From Candidatus Magasanikiibacteriota bacterium (lineage in GTDB: Bacteria > Patescibacteriota > Patescibacteriia > Magasanikbacterales > UBA922), in assembly GCA_041665025.1 (NCBI GenBank), contig JBAYJP010000007.1, forward strand, positions 1 to 37,028: a DNA stretch of 37,028 bases, in the 5' to 3' direction. The notes under the pieces were generated by a model. The model was given only the letters and a program-made list of their open reading frames with translations, did not search any database and was not told the origin of the DNA. The stretch's first letter is position 1; every line of letters starts with the position of its first letter. The position numbers and the translations under genes are program-made. This document shows positions 16,749 to 23,637 of the stretch, piece by piece.

Positions 16749-17969
16749 ATGAAAAAAACACTTTTATTTTTCCTTGCGTTAACTCTATTAACAGGAGTTG
16801 GCTGTAAACAAGTGCAAAAACAAAGTACTAGCGTTTCTACAAAAAATCCAGATTTTGGAATTTATTTGGTAAAAAACAACCAACTGCTTATTTCGCAAGA
16901 TGACGTAGTTTCTTATAACCCAGACACCTATACATTTAAACTTACAGATGAAGCAGTCAAGCGACTTGATTCATATTCCGTCTACGGAGAAAATCGCACG
17001 CCAAAAATGGACAACGGATTATACCAACAAGAATTTTCAATGATGTTAAATGATACGGTATTATATGCTGGCGTTTTTTGGTCCAATGTATCTTCACTTA
17101 GCCATGAAGGATTAGTTTTACTCGACTCAACAATGTTTCCAACAACCAAAGAATTAACAATCGCTGCCAGTTACCCCGTAGGCGGCGTTCTTTCTACTAG
17201 ACAATCAAGTTTGAGAGAGTATTTTAAAAGTATTGGAAAACTATCCAGGACTTCGGAAGTAACTACTACAACGAGCGCCGTTAAGGATGAAAAAATATTG
17301 TCTGAAAAAGATTTTAACGGCATGGGTTTGGCTTCAGGGAACCAAAATGGAAAAGAAGATTTTTTTAAAGTTCAAATCAACCCAACATTGCCAGTTTACG
17401 CATTTCATGTTGCGTCTTTTACAGCCACCACGAGAGGACATATTGAAGTATTTAAAGGCCAAGAAACTAAGCCTATACAAGTAATTAATCTTGACCCAAA
17501 CATGTGGTTATCCGATGAAGTGCCAGCATTTTTTAATGTTCAAGACATCAATTTCGACGGCGTATCTGATATGGGAGTGGTCGTTGAAGGCGGGGCGTTA
17601 TGGGGATCGTACCAATATTGGATTTACGATAACAAAACAGGCACGTTTATTACCGCTCCAATAACGCAGGACTTCAGGAAAATTACTTTTAACAGTATTA
17701 CTTTTGATACCAATAAAAAACAGGTTATTGCCAGCGGTCTTATTGGTGCGGTCGGCGGATATAAAAATATTTATCAATTTCAAAATGGACGTTTAAAACC
17801 AGTGGAAGAAAGCGAACATGAAAATGTGGTTGTAGAAGATGACGGGGTAAACACCCAAAATCCTACGATACATTGTAGTACTATAATCAAGAAGTATAAC
17901 GGCGATAAGGTTTCGACCACAACCCAAGTACTAGATCGTGAGTGCTCGCCGGTTTCTTTCGGCATATAA
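16749..17969 (+). CDS. Lipoprotein, function unknown
   Basis: The ORF track starts at a TTG at 16680, but I prefer the ATG at 16749. That start gives MKKTLLFFLALTLLTGVGC, a signal peptide with a lipobox. The C-terminal FNVQDINFDGVSDMGVVVEGG is FG-GAP/VCBS-like. Confidence 0.6.
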   Translation: MKKTLLFFLALTLLTGVGCKQVQKQSTSVSTKNPDFGIYLVKNNQLLISQDDVVSYNPDTYTFKLTDEAVKRLDSYSVYGENRTPKMDNGLYQQEFSMMLNDTVLYAGVFWSNVSSLSHEGLVLLDSTMFPTTKELTIAASYPVGGVLSTRQSSLREYFKSIGKLSRTSEVTTTTSAVKDEKILSEKDFNGMGLASGNQNGKEDFFKVQINPTLPVYAFHVASFTATTRGHIEVFKGQETKPIQVINLDPNMWLSDEVPAFFNVQDINFDGVSDMGVVVEGGALWGSYQYWIYDNKTGTFITAPITQDFRKITFNSITFDTNKKQVIASGLIGAVGGYKNIYQFQNGRLKPVEESEHENVVVEDDGVNTQNPTIHCSTIIKKYNGDKVSTTTQVLDRECSPVSFGI

Positions 17970-18117
17970 TTAAGCTGCCACACATTTTTTTGTCATGAAT
18001 TGCGATGATGAGAAATAGATATGTCCAAGCTTGGCCAAGAAGGTTAGAAACTCATTCTGCCGTGGGAGGGAAATACAGTAAATTAAAATAAAATATTCTA
18101 TACGAGTTAGCTAAAAT

Positions 18118-18459
18118 ATGGGTTACCAAGATACAATGCAGGTTTGTAAAAAACATGGTCATCAGATTAATGACATGACAGAAAGATTTCCTAGCCATAA
18201 TCAAAATTTTTGTAGTGTTTGCGGGAGTGAGACGACCATTATTTGTAGTAATTGCAGGTCTAAGATAAAAGGTTGTTATCATGTCGAAGGTTTTATAGGA
18301 CATATAGAGACAAAAGTTCCTCTCAACTGCCACAACTGTGGTAAAGCTTATCCGTGGCGAAATAAGCTTCTCTTGAAAAGAGCTGGTAAATCATTAATAA
18401 ATCCATTTAAGTCCTCGTTGAATTTTTTAGCCAGTCTGGTTAAAAAATGGTTGATTTGA
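18118..18459 (+). CDS. Zinc-ribbon protein (DUF2321-like)
   Basis: 113 aa with three CxxC pairs (CSVCG, CSNC, CHNCG), the pattern C..HGH...FCsvCG...C..C...I.G and a C-terminal CGKAYPW. This matches my recollection of DUF2321. Confidence 0.45.
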   Translation: MGYQDTMQVCKKHGHQINDMTERFPSHNQNFCSVCGSETTIICSNCRSKIKGCYHVEGFIGHIETKVPLNCHNCGKAYPWRNKLLLKRAGKSLINPFKSSLNFLASLVKKWLI

Positions 18460-18500
18460 AGAATAAAAGAAAGAGAAAAAATTGAAGTATTACTACACGA

Positions 18501-18540
18501 AAAAAGGACCGGATTCTCTCGAACCCGATCCTTTTTATTT
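18501..18540. terminator. Putative bidirectional intrinsic terminator
   Basis: The sequence aaaaaggaccggattctctcgaacccgatcctttttatttt has an imperfect stem flanked by an A-run and a T-run. It lies between convergent genes ending at 18459 (+) and 18612 (-). Confidence 0.45.
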
Positions 18541-18611
18541 TCACTCTAGGCCATAGCGGGCTCTAACAAGTATTCGTCCCGGCCACAATTGATCAAAGCA
18601 TTGCAGTGATA

Positions 18612-18902
18612 TCACAAACCGTCATCAGTGAGTTCAACTTCACTTCTAAATCCTTCTTCGCCACAGTCGCGGCAGGTGAGCCAGTTCTCTAGCTTATTGT
18701 CGCTATTCAACATAGCAACGTTATAGTCTTCATCGACCAAGAAGACATAGCCGCTATTGGGATTGAACTCCAAACTCACATTGTCTTCCAAGTGATCGGA
18801 AGGACTAGCCCAATCCTCGTTAGACCAGGCAATTAACAGTTCACCTGCCATATAATGCTCACGGCTTCCAAAAGCTGAAAGCGAGAAATCTGAGATTTCC
18901 AT
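18612..18902 (-). CDS. Hypothetical acidic protein
   Basis: 96-aa ORF with an ATG start and no competing ORF. I recognise no motif in it. Confidence 0.45.
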   Translation of the reverse strand: MEISDFSLSAFGSREHYMAGELLIAWSNEDWASPSDHLEDNVSLEFNPNSGYVFLVDEDYNVAMLNSDNKLENWLTCRDCGEEGFRSEVELTDDGL

Positions 18903-18948
18903 ATAATTAAAAAAACGGCCATTAAATAATGTCCGTGCGAAGGCCGTA

Positions 18949-19074
18949 TTTCCGCAGCGAACGGGCTTGTCTACAGCGGCTGATAGCTTGCCTTTGTCAA
19001 GGTGGAGACCTAAATAGGTTCTTACCTTTACAAAGGATAAGCTGCCGCTATAATACCTAGCCCTGATGCGGAAA
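18949..19074 (+). other. 126-nt rod-like imperfect hairpin (candidate structured RNA or ssDNA element)
   Basis: Nested helices fold the whole segment. The pairs are 18949-56/19067-74 (8 bp), 18963-66/19060-63, 18975-80/19044-49 (6 bp), 18985-97/19030-43 (13 bp with one bulge and one G-T) and 18999-19003/19024-28. G-T wobble positions favour the + strand. Confidence 0.5.
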
Positions 19075-19092
19075 AATGGAGGTCGGGAAATT

Positions 19093-19362
19093 TTATGTAG
19101 AGTTTAAATCGTAGTCGCCACCAAGCAACCAATAAGCATTTCGCAAATCATTTTCAATCTTAAAAGTGTCGCCGTGGGTAAGAAGTCCGAGATAGGACTG
19201 CATTACTTCTGGTTGTGGTCTATCCACTAATTTTCTAAACATTCTTTGCTTGGTTTTAACTCTCATTTTTTTGTAATAAGAAAAATGTACCCATCCGAGA
19301 AAATCCATTCCCGAAGCGTGGGTTTTTAGTAATATCTTTGTTGGATGAAGGGTAAGATTCAA
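19093..19362 (-). pseudogene. Reverse-transcriptase C-terminal remnant, DGR-type
   Basis: Only about 89 codons remain, and an in-frame TAA lies just upstream of the TTG codon at 19362. LNLTLHPTKI..GMDFLGWV...KTKQRMFRKL...SYLGLLTHGDT is colinear with the thumb/C-terminus of DGR RTs (L.LhpeK...g.~FLGy...SW.GH....dT). The fingers and palm, including YxDD, are absent. Confidence 0.6.
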
Positions 19363-19450
19363 CCTTGATTATATCAGCAGGTTAGATTGACTATTAAGCC
19401 AAAATTAGGTAAGCTCAAAGGACTTTATGAGAGAAAAATAATCAAAAATT

Positions 19451-20512
19451 ATGAAACGTATTGGTATTACTAAAACTATTCGATTTGAGGTTTTTAAACG
19501 AGATAAATTTACTTGCAATTATTGTGGGCGGAAAGCACCTGATATTGTACTCCATGTTGATCATATAGAGCCAGTTTCCAAAGGAGGTACAAATGATATT
19601 ATCAACCTCATTACCAGTTGCTATGAATGTAATTTGGGTAAAAGTGATAAAAAATTAGGCGATAATTCAGCTGTTGAAATACAGCGTAGACAATTAGAGC
19701 TGTTGCAAGAAAAACGTGAACAGATGGAACTGATGGTTAAATGGAGAAAATCACTCTCAAAGTTCGATGATCAAACCGTCAATATAGTGAAAGATTATTT
19801 AGATCCCAAAATTGTACACACACTTTCGAGTGAAGACAAAGAGGCCGTTATGAGTTTTTTGCCAGATTTCATTGCCTCTGAGTCTGTTGGATCAGTAAAT
19901 TTGCTTAAGGCAACAACTGAAATTAAGTCCCTCAAGGAACTTGCTGAGCACTTAGAACAAGGCATACAAACGAACCACACGGAATCATGGTGGCAAAATT
20001 TTATTCGCAAGAATATATTAATTATACAACAGGGATATATCAAATCAATTGAAAAATTGAATATTGGAATTGGCAATACTAAATTTCCAGATTTTTCATT
20101 AGTTACCCATGATAATTACTTAGATATTCTAGAAATCAAAAGACCAAATACAAACTTAATGAAATTTGATGAAAGTCGATCAAATTATTACTGGGATATT
20201 GAATTGTCAAAAGCTATAATTCAGGTTGAAAATTACTTATCGAATTTATCAACGCATCGTGACGCAGTAAGAACTTATCTAAAGGACAATCATGAAATTG
20301 ATCTCCAAGTTTTGAGGCCTCGGGGAATTATACTATCTGGTGATTGTAGCAAATTTAAAAATCAAAAAGAGAGGGATGATTTCCGCCTTCTCTCACATTC
20401 CTTAAAAAACATAGTTGTTATTTCTTACGATGAGCTGCTGAATAGACTTAGGAATTACATTAGGGTTCTTGAAAAATTTAGTGAGAGAATTGAGCAGCCA
20501 AAATCTTGTTAA
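19451..20512 (+). CDS. HNH endonuclease fused to a DUF4263/Shedu-like PD-(D/E)xK nuclease domain
   Basis: 353 aa. The N-terminus carries a clear HNH motif (CNYCGRKAPDIVLHVDHIEPVSKGGTNDIINLITSCYECNLGKSDK). The C-terminus (FPDFSLVTHDNYLDILEIKRPNTNLM...IIQVENYL...PRGIILSG...IVVISYDELL) matches the order of SduA (DUF4263) motifs as I remember them. Confidence 0.6.
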   Translation: MKRIGITKTIRFEVFKRDKFTCNYCGRKAPDIVLHVDHIEPVSKGGTNDIINLITSCYECNLGKSDKKLGDNSAVEIQRRQLELLQEKREQMELMVKWRKSLSKFDDQTVNIVKDYLDPKIVHTLSSEDKEAVMSFLPDFIASESVGSVNLLKATTEIKSLKELAEHLEQGIQTNHTESWWQNFIRKNILIIQQGYIKSIEKLNIGIGNTKFPDFSLVTHDNYLDILEIKRPNTNLMKFDESRSNYYWDIELSKAIIQVENYLSNLSTHRDAVRTYLKDNHEIDLQVLRPRGIILSGDCSKFKNQKERDDFRLLSHSLKNIVVISYDELLNRLRNYIRVLEKFSERIEQPKSC

Positions 20513-20525
20513 AACAATACTTTCT

Positions 20526-21782
20526 ATGTTTAAAAAGAGTCTGCTCGTCATTATATTGATTCTACTTTTATTTCTCCTTCCCCAAGCAATACTTAGATTG
20601 TATTTTGGTAAAAGCATTCTTAGTTCGTTGGATGATGTAGAGAATAAGGAGTTTGTCGTGGTGTTTGGAGCAAAAGTATATGCAGACGGCACGTTAAGTC
20701 CAATAGTTACTCAAAGAATTCTAGCAGCAATAGAACTATTTAAACAAGATAAAATTAAAAAAATTTATATCTCGGGCACTAATGAGAGTAATAATGAGGT
20801 AATTGTGTTAAAACAATTTGCCATAGACCACGGAGTACCAGAGGACAAAATAATCAGTGATTTTTTCGGTTTTGATACTAATGACACATGTAAACATTTT
20901 AGTAGATTGGGTTATAATGAAGCTATCTTTTTAACTCAAAGATTTCATTTGCCGCGTTCATTGTACATGTGCAAAAACCAGGGTGTAACGGGCCTCGGAG
21001 TGGCAGTGAATGAACTTGGCTTGATCCCAGCGGATCAGACAAAATTTTTCACCAAAATGTATATCAGGGCGGGTAGATTTTTACGTGAATCGACTTTGAC
21101 GTGGTCGTACATCTTAGGCTTATATGATCATATCTCTAGCCAGGCCGAAGATTTAAGTATAAAAGCAAAAAGTATCTTAAGCATGACTAAATTACAACCG
21201 GACGAATACACTGCCACACTGGAATACAATAGAGAGGCCAAAAAAATCTCTCAGTGGAAAAATGGAGGCGGAGAAATAATCATTAATGGCGGATATTTTG
21301 AGGCAGACTTCTCTCCCTCTGGGTATTTAGTTGTAAACGGCGAAAGAATCGGCGATAACATGTTTGACCGGGACAAGTCTGGATTATTAGTTATTAAAGA
21401 TGGTAAAATCCTAATTAGAGATACTATTGTGCAGCCGGTTACTTCGACAGAACATTTTCAATTCGCCATGCAGAGTTTCCCGTTTATTATTAAAAATAAT
21501 CAGCCAGGCATTAAATCCAATTCAGATAAGAAAGCACGTCGTACAGCAGTAGGAATAGATAACGATGATGTAGTTTATCTTATCACTGCGAATTCAGACA
21601 TTAGTCTTTACGAGTTTATGAATTATCTCTTAAGTTTAGAGATTGCATTTATTAATGTTCTAAATTTAGATGGGGGACCCTCTACCGGAATTTATTCTAA
21701 CTGGAACAATACTAATTTTCTATATGATAGTATGAGTCCTGTCCCAAGTGTTATCCGCTTCCAATATTTACAAAGTAAATAA
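20526..21782 (+). CDS. SanA/DUF218 (YdcF/ElyC-like) domain fused to a phosphodiester glycosidase (NAGPA/DUF2233) domain
   Basis: I prefer the ATG at 20526, which gives MFKKSLLVIILILL, a TM anchor. The N-terminal half (VVVFGAKVYADGTLSPIVTQRILAAIELFKQDKIKKIYISGTN...LTQRFHLPRS) is SanA-like. The C-terminal half (NGGYF, QSFPFII, RRTAVGID, LNLDGGPST) is phosphodiester-glycosidase-like. Confidence 0.6.
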   Translation: MFKKSLLVIILILLLFLLPQAILRLYFGKSILSSLDDVENKEFVVVFGAKVYADGTLSPIVTQRILAAIELFKQDKIKKIYISGTNESNNEVIVLKQFAIDHGVPEDKIISDFFGFDTNDTCKHFSRLGYNEAIFLTQRFHLPRSLYMCKNQGVTGLGVAVNELGLIPADQTKFFTKMYIRAGRFLRESTLTWSYILGLYDHISSQAEDLSIKAKSILSMTKLQPDEYTATLEYNREAKKISQWKNGGGEIIINGGYFEADFSPSGYLVVNGERIGDNMFDRDKSGLLVIKDGKILIRDTIVQPVTSTEHFQFAMQSFPFIIKNNQPGIKSNSDKKARRTAVGIDNDDVVYLITANSDISLYEFMNYLLSLEIAFINVLNLDGGPSTGIYSNWNNTNFLYDSMSPVPSVIRFQYLQSK

Positions 21783-21801
21783 CATAATAATCAATTGTAT
21801 T

Positions 21802-22281
21802 ATGATTGAAGTCAAATCATTTTTAACGCAAAACAATATAGAATTTACCGAACACAATCATCCGGCGGTATATACTTGTGAAGAAGCAGAACAATACTAT
21901 AAGGACATACCAGGAATGCATTGTAAGAATTTGTTTTTGAGAGATAAAAAAGGAGACAATTATTATCTCGTTGTTTTACCAGCTGCTAAACGAATGGACC
22001 TAAAGAAGTTTGGGGATATTGTTGGGTCAAGTAAAATTACGTTTGGCAGTAGTGAAGCACTAAAAGAAAAACTTGGTCTGGAGCCAGGTTCAGTTTCTAT
22101 CTTTGGACTATTAAATAATGCAGGTAAGGATGTTGGTCTTTACATCGATAGAGATGTGTATGAAGCTGAAATAGTAAACTTCCATCCTAATGTTAATACT
22201 TGTACGCTAGGGCTAAATAAGGAGATGTTTCATAAGTTTCTTCAGGTAGGCGGATATGAGATAAATATAATTAGCTTATAA
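21802..22281 (+). CDS. YbaK/ProX-family aminoacyl-tRNA editing domain protein
   Basis: I prefer the ATG at 21802 (MIEVKSFLTQNNIEFTEHNHPAVYTCEEA). HCKNLFLRDKKGDNYYLVVL..KRMDLKKF...PGSVSIFGLLN....FHPNVNT is the typical pattern of a prolyl-tRNA-synthetase-associated domain. Confidence 0.7.
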   Translation: MIEVKSFLTQNNIEFTEHNHPAVYTCEEAEQYYKDIPGMHCKNLFLRDKKGDNYYLVVLPAAKRMDLKKFGDIVGSSKITFGSSEALKEKLGLEPGSVSIFGLLNNAGKDVGLYIDRDVYEAEIVNFHPNVNTCTLGLNKEMFHKFLQVGGYEINIISL

Positions 22282-22288
22282 CTACCGT

Positions 22289-23176
22289 ATGCCCTGGTTT
22301 TTCTTCGCTTTTATCCCCGCCATTGGCGATGCGCTGGGTAATATCTTCGACGGCCATTTTTCCAATAAACATTTTAAAAATCCCTGGATACTTTTGTTTT
22401 ATTCCGGTATTACGGAGTTGCTATTTTTGCCGGTTGTACTTTTGTACAGATTACCGGTGATATTTTCTCCGAAAATTATTGCCCTTTTTGCCGTGGTGGC
22501 TCTTTTGGATTTTTTTACCCTTATTTTCTATTACCAAGCTCTTAAAGAGGACGACACTTCAATTGTTGCTTCTTTGTTTTCACTGGGCAAAGTCTTTGTA
22601 CCGGTTTTGGCATATTTTATGGTTGGAGAGCGACTGACTTTTGTCCAATACATAGCTTTTGTGGTCATTATTTTTTCTTCAACACTTCTGACCGTTTCCA
22701 ACCAGGGCGGTAAAATCAAGTTTAACAAATCACTTCTGCTCATGTGTGCGTCTTCTCTCATTCATTCGGTTGAAGGGGTGATCTACAAATATGCCTTGGA
22801 ACAAGTAGATTGGGTTTCAGGGTTTTTCTACGTGATTATCTTTTCAACCTTGGGTTTTATTATTATTGCCGCATTTAAATACAAGGACATAAAATCTCAT
22901 CTCATGAGTTACAAGAATCATTTTAGATTAATCCTTTTTAATTCCGGTGTTTCTTTTGGTTCTAATTTAGCCTCGGCCCTCGCTTTTTCCATGGCCCCGA
23001 TAACCCTCGTTAAAGGTATATTTGCCACTCAGCCCTTTTTTGTCATTCTTTTGACATATCTTCTACGACCCAGGTTTAAAGCTGAATACCGGGAAAGAAT
23101 GGACGCCGGGAATATGATAAAAAAGTTAGTCTTGTTTTCTGTTATTTTGGTGGCCTTACTATTTGTTGTCTATTAA
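22289..23176 (+). CDS. EamA/DMT-superfamily transporter
   Basis: 295 aa with about 10 predicted TM helices arranged as two similar halves. Confidence 0.55.
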   Translation: MPWFFFAFIPAIGDALGNIFDGHFSNKHFKNPWILLFYSGITELLFLPVVLLYRLPVIFSPKIIALFAVVALLDFFTLIFYYQALKEDDTSIVASLFSLGKVFVPVLAYFMVGERLTFVQYIAFVVIIFSSTLLTVSNQGGKIKFNKSLLLMCASSLIHSVEGVIYKYALEQVDWVSGFFYVIIFSTLGFIIIAAFKYKDIKSHLMSYKNHFRLILFNSGVSFGSNLASALAFSMAPITLVKGIFATQPFFVILLTYLLRPRFKAEYRERMDAGNMIKKLVLFSVILVALLFVVY

Positions 23177-23183
23177 TTTAAAT

Positions 23184-23462
23184 ATGGATCACTTGTTAAT
23201 AGAAAAATTATTACACCTTAAAGAAGGAGACAAGATTAAAATCAATGGCAGATTATTTACCATCCACCAAAAGTCCTTTCATTCAGCAGTAGGTGAATAC
23301 CATGGAGACATCACCACTTATGACCTAGAAAATAATTTTGTATTGGAGCTGGAAGGTGAAAGGCGGCACTTTTTTCAAATCATCGAAAAGAAACATTGGC
23401 TTGGTTTCACGAGTGCTCGATCAAGGGTTGAAAAGATAGAATCGATTGAGATAATAAAATAA
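23184..23462 (+). CDS. Hypothetical protein
   Basis: About 92 aa from the ATG at 23184 (the ORF track begins at a TTG at 23163). It is followed directly by an intrinsic terminator. Confidence 0.45.
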   Translation: MDHLLIEKLLHLKEGDKIKINGRLFTIHQKSFHSAVGEYHGDITTYDLENNFVLELEGERRHFFQIIEKKHWLGFTSARSRVEKIESIEIIK

Positions 23463-23464
23463 AA

Positions 23465-23494
23465 AACTCCTCAAAATCTGAAGAGTTTTTTATT
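23465..23494 (+). terminator. Rho-independent terminator
   Basis: aactcctc-aaaatct-gaagagtt forms a 7/8-bp stem followed by a T6 run, immediately after the stop codon at 23462. Confidence 0.65.
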
Positions 23495-23520
23495 CCTCAA
23501 TCACTTCTACCTAGGTAAAA

Positions 23521-23529
23521 AAGATATTT
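23521..23529. repeat. 9-bp direct repeat AAGATATTT at the left edge of the GC-rich island
   Basis: The identical 9-mer recurs at 28452-28460. GC content jumps immediately after 23529. Confidence 0.5.
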
Positions 23530-23637
23530 GGAAGGGGGATTGGTATCGCTGTCCCCAACAGCGGCCCCGCTTAGCGGGGCGATGCGCGTGCGTTAGTCAT
23601 CGCGCTCCTCCTTGTGTTGTCGCCAGTTGGCTGGCGA

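Noticed and set aside
18052-18333. 93-aa minus-strand ORF.
   Set aside because: It is antisense to the zinc-ribbon (DUF2321-like) gene, which has conserved CxxC spacing. This ORF has no motif or start context.
18903-19362. Interpreting the RT fragment plus the adjacent hairpin as a group II intron 3' end (domains V/VI) or as a retron msr/msd.
   Set aside because: I could not find the domain V consensus hairpin with an AGC triad on the RT strand. Retron ncRNA lies upstream of its RT, not downstream. The C-terminal S-Y-x-G...D-T pattern fits DGR RTs better.
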